Shown here: positions 43,779 to 52,725 of the stretch, in pieces
How positions within the stretch are numbered: position 1 is the first letter of the stretch
Layout: each line of letters begins with the position of its first letter
Source of the DNA: Cyclobacteriaceae bacterium
Lineage (GTDB): Bacteria; Bacteroidota; Bacteroidia; Cytophagales; Cyclobacteriaceae
Direction of reading: 5' to 3'
Assembly (NCBI GenBank): GCA_965601475.1
Contig: OZ271832.1
Coordinates: 984,698 to 1,048,697 of the forward strand
Length of the DNA: 64,000 bases
Notes under the pieces: generated by a model
The model's input: the letters and a program-made list of their open reading frames with translations, nothing else
Told to the model about the DNA's origin: nothing
Database searches by the model: none
Position numbers and translations under genes: made by a program

Positions 43779-44191
43779 GCGGAACAACAGGTTTCATCAC
43801 AACAGGCCGCGGCCTTTTCCTTGTTGGTGTCTGACTCTCCATAGGTATGAAATACCTCCCACTTCACACCTTGAGGATCCGTAATCCAGGATTTCTCAGA
43901 TCTTGAATAACAGCAGACCGTGTGACCTTCCTCCAGTATTTCACCTTCCGCCTGGTCCATTTGACCATAGACCTGATGCAATTCTTCTTGATCATCTACC
44001 TGTATGCCAAGGTGTTCAACACCCCTCCTGGAAGACGATTCGGAAATCGAGAAATTAACACTAGGATCATCCAGGAGCCACTTTGCATAGTCTGGTTTCA
44101 GTACAGTTGGGGCCGCATTGAACATGGCCTTGTAGAATGCTACCGATTGGTCAATGTTCTCGACGTTGAGATTAACATGTAGTGTTTTCAT
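43775..44191 (-). CDS. ArsI/CadI-family VOC (glyoxalase-fold) metalloenzyme
   Basis: MKTLHVNLNV, EHLGIQV and VKWEVFH supply candidate His/His/Glu metal ligands. It also has a vicinal Cys pair (HTVCCYS, aa 93-94) and a Cys-rich tail (AAACCDETCCSA), as in ArsI C-As lyase and CadI proteins. Confidence 0.8.
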   Translation of the reverse strand: MKTLHVNLNVENIDQSVAFYKAMFNAAPTVLKPDYAKWLLDDPSVNFSISESSSRRGVEHLGIQVDDQEELHQVYGQMDQAEGEILEEGHTVCCYSRSEKSWITDPQGVKWEVFHTYGESDTNKEKAAACCDETCCSA

Positions 44192-44479
44192 CTTTTTTCC
44201 ATGTAGACGAAAGGATAACAGAAAGACGCAAAATCCTTTTCATCAATTTCCAGCAACTACGATAAGTAAGCAAATAATTCGTAGAAATATGAACTTGAAG
44301 AACGTTTTTGCCCGCAATTGCAGCATACGGGATCCGGGACCTGACTTGAACACGATCTGGAATTACAACAGAAGCTTCTAAAAAATAACATGGTTGGGAT
44401 GTTAATGACTTGACATATCGGGCAGATTGGGCAACCTTTTAGCCACATATCAGTCCTTAGCAATATACATTTCTATCCG

Positions 44480-45022
44480 ATGCGCTTAAGCCTGATATTT
44501 TTCATTCTTGTTTTATCAAGCAAATGCTTCAGCCAAACCGATTTGACCAGAATCAGAGAGGTCTTTCATGAGGCTGTGGTAGATCCTGAGAAATCAAAGG
44601 CTTTTCATGAATACATCTCGGAATATACCAGCTCTGAACCGGTGATAATGGCCTATCAGGCCGTTTCCGAGGCACTTCTGGCGCAAACGATTTGGAATCC
44701 TCTTGCCAAATATGCACATGTCAAAAGGTTCCAGGAGCAGATGGCTGTGGTCATGGCCATGGACAATGAGAACCTCGAAATTCGTTTCCTCCGGTTTGCC
44801 GTAGAGTATTACTTACCCAGGTTTTTGATGATGAGTGACCACCTGGAGAAAGATCGGGACTTCCTAATTGAGAATTTGTCCTCACTTGGAAACCTGGAGG
44901 TTGATCACGGATTTGCCAGGTACATCCTTTATTTCCTCAATGAAACAGGAATGGTCGATAATGACCAGCTTATTGAAATCCGAGCCTCTTTCACCCCAGG
45001 ATTGTTACGCAGCGGGAAATAA
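44480..45022 (+). CDS. Secreted hypothetical protein
   Basis: It has the signal peptide MRLSLIFFILVLSSKCFSQ and a helical body. I cannot assign a family. Confidence 0.6.
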   Translation: MRLSLIFFILVLSSKCFSQTDLTRIREVFHEAVVDPEKSKAFHEYISEYTSSEPVIMAYQAVSEALLAQTIWNPLAKYAHVKRFQEQMAVVMAMDNENLEIRFLRFAVEYYLPRFLMMSDHLEKDRDFLIENLSSLGNLEVDHGFARYILYFLNETGMVDNDQLIEIRASFTPGLLRSGK

Positions 45023-45045
45023 CCCAAAGTTATTATCTTAGGAGC

Positions 45046-45231
45046 ATGAAAAAGGCGCTTCTTCTCCTATATACCATAGCTTTCAGCATTGTGTCATTTG
45101 CCCAGGACCAAGCGGAGGAAGCGGAGAGAGACGGGTGGAGCAACGAGACAAAGAGTTATATTCTCGGAGTATTTGTTCTATTCAATATCATCTTGGTTAT
45201 CAGGACCTTCCGCAACAAGCCTAGTGCTTGA
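45046..45231 (+). CDS. Small membrane-anchored protein
   Basis: The 61-aa product has a signal peptide plus a C-terminal TM segment (YILGVFVLFNIILVI). Confidence 0.4.
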   Translation: MKKALLLLYTIAFSIVSFAQDQAEEAERDGWSNETKSYILGVFVLFNIILVIRTFRNKPSA

Positions 45232-45324
45232 TCCTGGACATCACCAAAAGGTAATCTATTGTTAATTCCTATTCGTTGGGAGGACTATCCCAACCACCTA
45301 TTGTTGTCTCAAAGTTTGACAGCC

Positions 45325-45486
45325 ATGGAAAAAATTGAATGGGATATCGACGACCAAGAACGCTCGGAGCTCGATGATGTGCTCGACTCCGCCTATTTCA
45401 GCGAAATCGAGGAAGAAGACGAACTTGATGAGGATGACTGGTTCGAAGAAATCCTTACCTCCGATCACCTATTGCGAGAACTTTAG
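45325..45486 (+). CDS. Very acidic mini-protein (53 aa), hypothetical
   Basis: I used the internal ATG (MEKIEWDIDDQERSELDD...EEEDELDEDDWFEE). Coding status is uncertain. Confidence 0.3.
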   Translation: MEKIEWDIDDQERSELDDVLDSAYFSEIEEEDELDEDDWFEEILTSDHLLREL

Positions 45487-45521
45487 GAATCACAATACCA
45501 CGAGTAATGAATTATTCATCA

Positions 45522-45529
45522 TAAATTTG
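45522..45529 (+). promoter_or_regulatory. Bacteroidota-type -7 box (TAAATTTG) for the SRP RNA
   Basis: It matches TAnnTTTG and sits about 5 nt upstream of the predicted 5' closing stem of the RNA. Confidence 0.4.
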
Positions 45530-45532
45530 CAC

Positions 45533-45630
45533 CCGGCAAACGGATACGACCAGCTCCTGCTGAATCCCCCAGGTCTGGAAGGAAGCAAGGGTAGGCGGTT
45601 GTAGCGGTGCGATAGACGTTTGCCTCTTTT
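45533..45630 (+). ncRNA. ffs: Small (4.5S-type) signal recognition particle RNA
   Basis: CCAGGTCTGGAAGGAAGCAAGGGTAG matches the universally conserved SRP domain IV (E. coli ACCAGGUCAGGUCCGGAAGGAAGCAGCCAAGGCAG). The closing stem pairs GGCAAACG (45535-45542) with CGTTTGCC (45617-45624), followed by a T-run. Boundaries are good to about 5 nt. Confidence 0.8.
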
Positions 45631-45651
45631 TACCTTTAATCATCACTAACT

Positions 45652-46308
45652 ATGAAGTTCTTTATCGATACCGCAAATCTTGGTGACATCCAGGAAGCCT
45701 ATGATCTTGGCGTGCTAGACGGTGTAACAACCAATCCGTCTTTGATGGCAAAAGAAGGTATCACGGGAGAAGACAATATCCGCAAACACTACAAGGACAT
45801 CTGCAATATTGTGGATGACAACGTGAGCGCTGAGGTAATCTCCACAGAATTTGATGGGATGATGAAGGAGGGTCGTGAACTGGCCAAAATAGATGATAAG
45901 ATTGTGGTTAAGGTACCTATGATCAAAGATGGTGTGAAAGCCATCAAGGCATTCACGGCAGAAAATATCCGTACCAACTGCACCTTGGTTTTCAGCCCGG
46001 GTCAGGCCTTGCTGGCGGCGAAAGCCGGAGCGTCATTTGTTTCCCCTTTCGTCGGAAGGCTCGATGATGTCAGTACCGATGGAATGGAACTGATCGAACA
46101 GATCGTTCACATCTACGACAACTATGGCTATGCTACAGAAGTATTGGCCGCTTCCGTGCGACATACGATGCATCTCATCAAGTGCGCCGAAGCAGGAGCC
46201 GATGTAGTCACTTGCCCGCTAAATGTGATTACAGGCTTGTTGAAGCATCCTTTGACCGATATAGGATTAGAGAAATTCCTTGCTGACTACAAGAAAGGTA
46301 ACCAATAG
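45652..46308 (+). CDS. fsa: Fructose-6-phosphate aldolase / short transaldolase family
   Basis: [31 protein letters not shown] and the Schiff-base Lys context (VVKVP) are present. The product is 218 aa. Confidence 0.9.
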   Translation: MKFFIDTANLGDIQEAYDLGVLDGVTTNPSLMAKEGITGEDNIRKHYKDICNIVDDNVSAEVISTEFDGMMKEGRELAKIDDKIVVKVPMIKDGVKAIKAFTAENIRTNCTLVFSPGQALLAAKAGASFVSPFVGRLDDVSTDGMELIEQIVHIYDNYGYATEVLAASVRHTMHLIKCAEAGADVVTCPLNVITGLLKHPLTDIGLEKFLADYKKGNQ

Positions 46309-46352
46309 GTCTTTAGGCAAGTTGATAGAAGTAGTCGAATCTATCATCTGGC

Positions 46353-46556
46353 ATGTATATCATTAAGGTAAAGGGCAAAGCCAAAATCCCGGACTATATC
46401 CAGTTGCGGGACGACGATTTCATATTGATTGCCTATTTTAGGGCGGACAGACCTCTGAAAAAACTGGAGAAGTATGGATTGGAGGGGAAGGAAGAGGAGC
46501 TGAAGGTAATCATTGAAGCGCTACCTTATGGCAAACTGCAAAAGCTGATCGTATAG
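46353..46556 (+). CDS. Small hypothetical protein
   Basis: This 67-aa ORF ends 2 nt before the ftsE-like gene starts. I recognise no motif. Confidence 0.4.
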   Translation: MYIIKVKGKAKIPDYIQLRDDDFILIAYFRADRPLKKLEKYGLEGKEEELKVIIEALPYGKLQKLIV

Positions 46557-46558
46557 GA

Positions 46559-47269
46559 ATGTCTCTTTCAGATGATGACGTACTGAATGTGGCTGATGCC
46601 ACCATCTATCAGGAAGATCAAGCTGTGCTTAGTGCCATAGATTTCAGTATTGAGAAAGGCGAATTCGTATTTCTCATCGGCCGCACCGGAAGCGGCAAAT
46701 CCTCTCTACTCAAAACACTATATGCGGATCTACCACTGAGGAGTGGAAGCATCGTCGTTGCCGGACACCAAATCCAAGCAATCAAACGTAAGGACGTTCC
46801 TTTTCTACGTCGCAAGGTCGGTATCATATTTCAGGATTTTGAATTGTTTTATGACCGATCAGTGGCTGACAACCTCGAATTTGTCATGAAGGCCACAGGA
46901 TGGAAGAGCAAAGCAAAGATGAAATCCAGGATGGCCGAAGTATTGATGCGCGTAGGGCTAGGTGCGATATCCAACAAAATGCCCCATCAATTGTCAGGCG
47001 GAGAGCAACAACGGGTTGTGGTTGCTCGAGCGTTGATTAATGAACCTCAAATACTCTTTGCGGACGAACCCACTGGCAATCTTGACCCCGACGTGGCTGA
47101 AGGTATCTTCAAGTTGTTCCAGGAGATCAACAGGAGCGGAACGGCCATCCTGATGGCCACGCACAATCACAGTTTCTTAAGAAAATTTCCAGGAAGAGTA
47201 CTAAAATGCGAATCCGGGAAGATGCTCGATTCTGCCAAGGAAGAATTTGAGTTTTCTACGCATTATTGA
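46559..47269 (+). CDS. ftsE: FtsE-like ABC transporter ATP-binding protein
   Basis: It has Walker A (GRTGSGKSS), the signature LSGGEQQR and Walker B (ILFADEPTGNLD). Size and sequence are FtsE-like. No ftsX is adjacent. Confidence 0.75.
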   Translation: MSLSDDDVLNVADATIYQEDQAVLSAIDFSIEKGEFVFLIGRTGSGKSSLLKTLYADLPLRSGSIVVAGHQIQAIKRKDVPFLRRKVGIIFQDFELFYDRSVADNLEFVMKATGWKSKAKMKSRMAEVLMRVGLGAISNKMPHQLSGGEQQRVVVARALINEPQILFADEPTGNLDPDVAEGIFKLFQEINRSGTAILMATHNHSFLRKFPGRVLKCESGKMLDSAKEEFEFSTHY

Positions 47270-48306
47270 GACAGGCGCAGGCCTCCGTACAGGGAGGATA
47301 TTTTGATAACCCCACCCTGACCGTCGCCAATGTTCCCTTCATATTGATTGTGGTTATCCTCCCGTCTTCTCAAGGTAAAATCGATATCCACACCATAGGT
47401 CCGGAGGTCAGCGTATTCAAAATCTCCATAGAATTTAGCCGACAACCCCTCTTCAAGGTCGATGGTGTACGAGCCAAACTCCCCACGGATATCGATCAAA
47501 TCAAATTCCCTTGCTACCTCTTCCACGGTGAAGTCAGAGGCGTATTTACCCCTCATGCGCAAAGACTTCCCAAGCTTCTCAATGATCACATTGGTGAAAT
47601 CCACTTCCGATTCTAACACATTGACCTCGGCAATTTCAAGTGAGCCATACCTGGATTCAAGTTCGATTTGATTGGTCGCCCCGATTTCCACATCTGAAAA
47701 CTGCTGATCCAAGATCAGGTTCTCCGCGGATTCAATAGAAAAATAATCGCAGTACCTCAGGTCTATGTAGCCAGAAGCAAAACGACCAACCTCTCCTTCG
47801 CCGAAGGAAATTCGAAGTTCCCCGCCTTGGTCCAAATTTCCGATCTTGAGATCGCCATAAGAAAGCTCTACCTCTACTTCCGCTTCACGATCATCGATGT
47901 ATATATCCCCGAAGGAGTTGCTGACCTTGAGCTTATTACCAACGGGCACTTTCACCTCATAATCCACCTGAAATGACTCCTTGCCCCTGGTTTGGATATC
48001 TATGTCTGTTTCGATGCTCAATCGGTAGTCTTCCTCGTCAAACCTGATGGCAATATCCTCCAGCAATTTGGCTTCCCTGGAATCACTAAGACTCTTGACC
48101 TCGATTTTCACTTTCAAAGCTACCGTAGGTTCTTCCCAAGAGGTAACCTGAACCCTGCCAAATGAATTCTTGATTGCTACCAATGCGCTGGATGAGACCT
48201 TGAAGGACTTCTCAATCACTTTTTCCTGCTGCGCCCCTACCCCGAAGGCTATGAGCATTGCAAGTGCCACAAAGCCACTACGCGTTAATAAACTCCTCAT
48301 CTTCAT
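47263..48306 (-). CDS. DUF4097-like putative adhesin (beta-helical repeats)
   Basis: It has a signal/TM N-terminus and repeated G(D/E)I/V...(S/N)GD(I/L) strands. It lies downstream of a sigma/anti-sigma pair. Confidence 0.7.
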   Translation of the reverse strand: MKMRSLLTRSGFVALAMLIAFGVGAQQEKVIEKSFKVSSSALVAIKNSFGRVQVTSWEEPTVALKVKIEVKSLSDSREAKLLEDIAIRFDEEDYRLSIETDIDIQTRGKESFQVDYEVKVPVGNKLKVSNSFGDIYIDDREAEVEVELSYGDLKIGNLDQGGELRISFGEGEVGRFASGYIDLRYCDYFSIESAENLILDQQFSDVEIGATNQIELESRYGSLEIAEVNVLESEVDFTNVIIEKLGKSLRMRGKYASDFTVEEVAREFDLIDIRGEFGSYTIDLEEGLSAKFYGDFEYADLRTYGVDIDFTLRRREDNHNQYEGNIGDGQGGVIKISSLYGGLRLSQ

Positions 48307-48799
48307 TGTCTCTCAGTCGGTCAAGTATCTCTATTTGTCGATTCAATATTTCTAGTCTCAGTTGCAGGTTGTTGATCATGGCATCGATAATCTTGCGATC
48401 ATCTCCCGCCCCTTCGAAACGATCACCCAGGTCTTCGTACAGCTGGTCCAACTGGTCCAGGTCCTGAAGAAACTCCCTGGTGAGGTCCTCCCCATTAAGT
48501 TGTTCCAACTGTTGCCTTCGCTCTGCAATGAGGTTGACATAATAGTCCTCCGCCAGTTTGAATTCTTCATAGTGTGCGGAAGCTTCGAGGGAAGAAGTTG
48601 GCGCTTGGAGTTTGTCCCACATAAGGGCTAGTGTACTCATCAAAAAGAAAACAGCTGCCACTTTCCACCAAATGTGCTTCTTAGATTCCGATGGAGGCGA
48701 CATTTCAGTGCTGATGCGATTCCAAACCTTTTTCGAGTGGAAATCATCATCGAATTGCTCCCGATGATTTTGCACGAATTTTTCCAGAAAATCAGCCAT
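48278..48799 (-). CDS. Putative single-pass anti-sigma factor
   Basis: It overlaps the ECF sigma stop. It has one TM segment (WWKVAAVFFLMSTLALMW) and a coiled-coil C-terminus. Confidence 0.55.
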   Translation of the reverse strand: MADFLEKFVQNHREQFDDDFHSKKVWNRISTEMSPPSESKKHIWWKVAAVFFLMSTLALMWDKLQAPTSSLEASAHYEEFKLAEDYYVNLIAERRQQLEQLNGEDLTREFLQDLDQLDQLYEDLGDRFEGAGDDRKIIDAMINNLQLRLEILNRQIEILDRLRDNEDEEFINA

Positions 48800-49346
48800 A
48801 ATTCACTTCATTACCTAGTATTTCCCTTAATTTCTTCTTCGCCCTATTGTACTGGGACTTTGACGTAGACTCAGAAATTCCTAAGATTTCCGCTATCTCC
48901 GCGTGGTCATACCCTTCGAAAAGGTACAATGTCAAAACCGTCCTAAACCCTGTCGGCAACTGGCTAACGCCAGCTTTGATGGCCGTTACCTCTAAATGTC
49001 TTGTCGGTTCCTCCTGCCATTCATAGAAAAAGGAATCGGACATCTGATCAGATAGCGATTCAGTCTCCTTGCGCTGTTTGAGTCTGGTCAGCGATTTATT
49101 GATCACAATCCGCTTCAGCCAGGCACCAAATGTCGCATCCTCCCTGTAGTGGTGGATGTTTCTGAATGCACTCAAGAAAGACTCCTGAAGAACATCCTCC
49201 GCTTCCTCTGCCACAGTTAATATCCGCTCTGCTGTGTTGAACATCGCTTTGCTATACAGTTTATAGATTTCATATTGAGCCAGTCGATCACCTTCACGGC
49301 ACCGCATTATCAGGTGTTGATGAATGTTTTTGGTGTTGGCTTCCAA
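48792..49346 (-). CDS. ECF sigma-70 factor
   Basis: Region 2 is EDVLQESFLSAFRNIHHY...FGAWLKRIVINKS and region 4 is FRTVLTLYLFEGYDHAEIAEILGISESTSKSQYNRAKKKL. Confidence 0.85.
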   Translation of the reverse strand: MEANTKNIHQHLIMRCREGDRLAQYEIYKLYSKAMFNTAERILTVAEEAEDVLQESFLSAFRNIHHYREDATFGAWLKRIVINKSLTRLKQRKETESLSDQMSDSFFYEWQEEPTRHLEVTAIKAGVSQLPTGFRTVLTLYLFEGYDHAEIAEILGISESTSKSQYNRAKKKLREILGNEVNYG

Positions 49347-49440
49347 TTAAAATCCTCAATTCGATGTAAAGACCTAAATGCCCATGGCAAGTTGCATAAA
49401 CTAAGGAAATATCTTTTAATCTTACGTGACCTAAGGACGC

Positions 49441-50073
49441 ATGACGCTGCGAATGAAACAATTGATACTCTGCTTGCTGCTTATCCCGACTTCGCTCCTT
49501 TGCTTTGCTCAGGCGGATTCCCTGAACGTCGATCCGGGTCTTTCCGCCGAGGATTCATTGATTCGCCGAGGGGTATTCGTTGCCATCGGAAGCCAATATG
49601 GTCCTGTACTTGGTGAACACCAACCTGCCTTCATGGGGAAACTCGGCATTACCTATAGTCGGTGGCATGCGGGCATCTCGTTTCAGGATTTCACATCCTC
49701 AGAAGGCAGGAGAATCATCTTCCCGAATTTCTTCTTCCTCAAGTACCGTCATGCTGGTTTGTTTGGCAGCTATAGGCTTGCCGGATGGAAATTCATCGGC
49801 TTCCATGCCAACATGCAGGTCTCATTGGGGGATGTGGTATGGGAAACGGAATCAGGCCTGGACCGATTCAGAGACATTGTCATCGTAATTGAACCAAGCG
49901 TTGGCATCGAAATCAAAGCCTTGCCATTCCTCCACGCCTTCGCAGAAGTAGGGTATAGGCAATTCATAGGTGTTGATTTGGTGGGTACTGATTCCAACGA
50001 CTTATCCGGGCCGGTCCTAAGTCTGGGGTTGAAGTTGGGGTACTACCAACTAATTGCTAAAAATGGTGAATAG
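49441..50073 (+). CDS. Secreted hypothetical protein (small beta-barrel-like)
   Basis: It has the signal peptide QLILCLLLIPTSLLCFAQ and alternating beta-strand-like segments. Confidence 0.55.
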   Translation: MTLRMKQLILCLLLIPTSLLCFAQADSLNVDPGLSAEDSLIRRGVFVAIGSQYGPVLGEHQPAFMGKLGITYSRWHAGISFQDFTSSEGRRIIFPNFFFLKYRHAGLFGSYRLAGWKFIGFHANMQVSLGDVVWETESGLDRFRDIVIVIEPSVGIEIKALPFLHAFAEVGYRQFIGVDLVGTDSNDLSGPVLSLGLKLGYYQLIAKNGE

Positions 50074-51148
50074 ACTTTTTGGCTTTCTTCTGTCCACAAT
50101 AGCATTGACCGCATGTTTTGTAGGAGAGGACCTTCCTCCCGACCAGGACGTCTGGGGGTATGATCTCCCATCAAATACAGGTCTGATAGATTCCAGCCTC
50201 CTAAACCTGGATGTAGCGATCAAAGTTGGGTCATTCGATCCCATCCGTGCCGCGATTATCATCAAGGACGAAAATATTGTCTTTGAGAATTACTATGACG
50301 ATGGAGACCGTGGAACGCTCCGAAACCTGGGACGCACATCGCCCATTGTGACGGTGCTGGCTTTAGGCATTGCAATTGAAGAGGGGCTTCTGTTTGATTT
50401 GGATCAACATATTTTCGAATTGGTCCCCATTCAATACCAAAGCTTGCTTACTGGCCGCAAACGAGAAATTACGCTAAGACATTTACTCACTCACCGCAGT
50501 GGACTGGCCTGGAACGAATCAGTCTTCAACAGGGGCTTGAATGACCCACAAAACGACATTAATCAACTGAGAATTGCTGAAGATGCCATTGTCTACTTAC
50601 TTTCTCAACCACTGGAAGCTGACCCTGGATTGAGATTCAATTTCAATACGGGCACAGCCCTCCTCATTGCACGGATCATCCAAAGCCTTTCCGGAGAACC
50701 CTTTGATGAATATGTCAACGCGAGAATCTTCCAGCCCCTTGAGATCGGTGACTTTCTATGGGAAAGAGACGGTGTCGACAATATCAATGCAGCTACCGGA
50801 CTTTGGTTGGGAACTCTTGATTTAGCGAAGATCGGCTACGTGTTTCTACGTGGAGGTCGATGGCGTCAGGATCAGCTAGTTTTTGAAGAATGGATAACAG
50901 AGGCAGGATCCACTCAGATGGAGATTTCCAATACGTTCAACTATGGCTACTACTGGCAGACTTTTTCTGACAACCTGCAATTCATCGCTGTACCTCCCCC
51001 AAACGATGTCTTCTATTTTTCTCAGCACATTTATGTGCAGCCCTCCCGCAACCTTCTTATTATTTTTGGGACTGACAACGTGCTCCTCAATACCGTGAGC
51101 AGCCCACTTTTGGCTTACCGGGAGATTACAAGGGCGCTCGCTTTTTGA
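50054..51148 (+). CDS. Beta-lactamase-fold (serine hydrolase family) lipoprotein, SxxK motif apparently degenerate
   Basis: The lipobox is TIALTAC and the family motif LLTHRSGLAW is present. The expected S-x-x-K position reads TSPIV, with no Lys. Confidence 0.75.
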   Translation: MLKMVNRLFGFLLSTIALTACFVGEDLPPDQDVWGYDLPSNTGLIDSSLLNLDVAIKVGSFDPIRAAIIIKDENIVFENYYDDGDRGTLRNLGRTSPIVTVLALGIAIEEGLLFDLDQHIFELVPIQYQSLLTGRKREITLRHLLTHRSGLAWNESVFNRGLNDPQNDINQLRIAEDAIVYLLSQPLEADPGLRFNFNTGTALLIARIIQSLSGEPFDEYVNARIFQPLEIGDFLWERDGVDNINAATGLWLGTLDLAKIGYVFLRGGRWRQDQLVFEEWITEAGSTQMEISNTFNYGYYWQTFSDNLQFIAVPPPNDVFYFSQHIYVQPSRNLLIIFGTDNVLLNTVSSPLLAYREITRALAF

Positions 51149-51154
51149 AACATC

Positions 51155-51715
51155 ATGCCAGAAAAAGATTTAGAAGTTTTTGAGAAAATCCAGCATGGAG
51201 ACCTAAAAGCATTCGAAGATTTCTTCAGAGGAAATTATTCGGAGATCGTGCGGTATTCCCATCGTTTTGTGAGAGACAAACTCGCGGCGGAGGAGATTGC
51301 GCAGGAAGTCTTTATGTATATCTGGGAAAAACGCAAAACCATCAATATCCAAAACTCACTGGCCTCTTATCTCTATTCGGCTACAAAGAATCGATCCATC
51401 AACTACCTAAGACTTGAATTACCCAAGCAACAAGCACAATATGACATTTCGGAAATGGAAATTGGATTTCATGCTGAATCCAACGACGGCGACCGAAAGG
51501 AGACCATAGAAAAAATGGTGAAAACCGCGATTGATGCCTTGCCTAAAAAGTGTAAAGAAATCTTCCTGCTCAGCAGAACAGGGGGGCTCACCTATGAAGA
51601 AATTGCCGAGGAACTTGACCTTTCGAAAAAGACCGTAGAAAACCAAATGGGGATTGCGTTGAAGAAACTCAGAGAAACATTAAAACCTGTCATAGACTAT
51701 GTGCGGAGCCACTAA
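51155..51715 (+). CDS. ECF sigma-70 factor (FecI-type)
   Basis: Region 2 is AEEIAQEVFMYIWEKR and region 4 is CKEIFLLSRTGGLTYEEIAEELDLSKKTVENQMGIALKKL. A FecR gene follows. Confidence 0.85.
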   Translation: MPEKDLEVFEKIQHGDLKAFEDFFRGNYSEIVRYSHRFVRDKLAAEEIAQEVFMYIWEKRKTINIQNSLASYLYSATKNRSINYLRLELPKQQAQYDISEMEIGFHAESNDGDRKETIEKMVKTAIDALPKKCKEIFLLSRTGGLTYEEIAEELDLSKKTVENQMGIALKKLRETLKPVIDYVRSH

Positions 51716-51772
51716 CGAAAAAATTACAAGAAAGTTTAGGGGTCTTACACAATCAGCTTGACCTATTGACAC

Positions 51773-52684
51773 ATGAGCCACCAATTATTTCAAGAATACA
51801 ACCAACTTCATCAAACCGGGGACTCGACGGATATAGACCCGGAGGTCAAGTCGTTATATGAGCTCACCTCGACCCCCGATATTGGGGAGATTGATGTGGA
51901 AAGCGCTTGGGGAAGAATTGAAGAGGAGCTCAAAGTAGTGCCAATTTCCAAAGGTACATCCTACACTTATTGGCTTCGTGCGGCGATGGTCGTACTCATC
52001 GTCGGCATAGGTGGCTTTTTCCTATATGATAGTGATGTAATCCAGGCTCCTACAGCCATGGTAGAAGTCAGTGCCGAATTTGCCAGACAGGAAGTAGTCC
52101 TTCCGGATCAATCGGTTGTCATGCTGGGAATAGGTTCGACATTGAGCTATGAGGAGGATTTTTCCAGTGGCCGGCAAGTCACGCTTACTGGAGAGGCATT
52201 CTTTGATGTGGAAAAAGGCTTATCCAATTTCACGATAACCAGTGGCTCGACGACCATAGAGGTGCTGGGCACATCTTTCAATGTGAACGCGCGCTCAAAG
52301 GAAAAGACTGAGGTTATCGTAACGGAAGGGCTGGTTTCATTCTCTGCAGGATCTAAGGAAGCGAAGATTGCTGCTGGTGACAAGGGCACTTTCTACGTGC
52401 AGCAGGATGCGATGATCGTAGAGGAACAAGATGATATTAACGCCTTAGCCTGGAAAACGGGCAAATTTGTATTCGACAATACACGCCTTGCAGACGTTGC
52501 CAGGTACTTGAACACTTACTATGAAAGCAAGGTGCAAATCCGAGGACGGGTTGCTGAGTGTCAAGTGACGGCCTCATTCGATAAGATGCCATTGTCCCAA
52601 ATCCTGGAGGAATTGACTTTGGTACTTTCCGTAAAAGTCAAAAAAAGCGGCAAAACCTACATTCTTACCGGCGAAGGTTGCTAG
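51773..52684 (+). CDS. FecR-family anti-sigma/transmembrane sensor
   Basis: It has a single TM segment (AAMVVLIVGIGGFFLY), a FecR core and a DUF4974-like C-terminus (RLADVARYLNTYYESKVQI). Confidence 0.85.
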   Translation: MSHQLFQEYNQLHQTGDSTDIDPEVKSLYELTSTPDIGEIDVESAWGRIEEELKVVPISKGTSYTYWLRAAMVVLIVGIGGFFLYDSDVIQAPTAMVEVSAEFARQEVVLPDQSVVMLGIGSTLSYEEDFSSGRQVTLTGEAFFDVEKGLSNFTITSGSTTIEVLGTSFNVNARSKEKTEVIVTEGLVSFSAGSKEAKIAAGDKGTFYVQQDAMIVEEQDDINALAWKTGKFVFDNTRLADVARYLNTYYESKVQIRGRVAECQVTASFDKMPLSQILEELTLVLSVKVKKSGKTYILTGEGC

Positions 52685-52725
52685 AACTTCCTTTACTTTT
52701 ACCCCGTTGAAAGTGGAAAACGGGT

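Noticed and set aside
44192-44479. An ArsR-type operator or riboswitch in the 288-nt region upstream of the ArsI-like gene.
   Set aside because: Only a weak 6-bp inverted repeat (CTACGA-N16-TCGTAG) is present. There is no ArsR gene nearby and I recognised no conserved RNA motif.
45335-45604. An 89-aa plus-strand ORF from the track.
   Set aside because: Its 3' part (about 45533-45604) lies over the SRP RNA, whose sequence and hairpin explain that stretch. Its 5' part overlaps the competing mini-ORF 45325..45486 in another frame, and no protein motif supports it.
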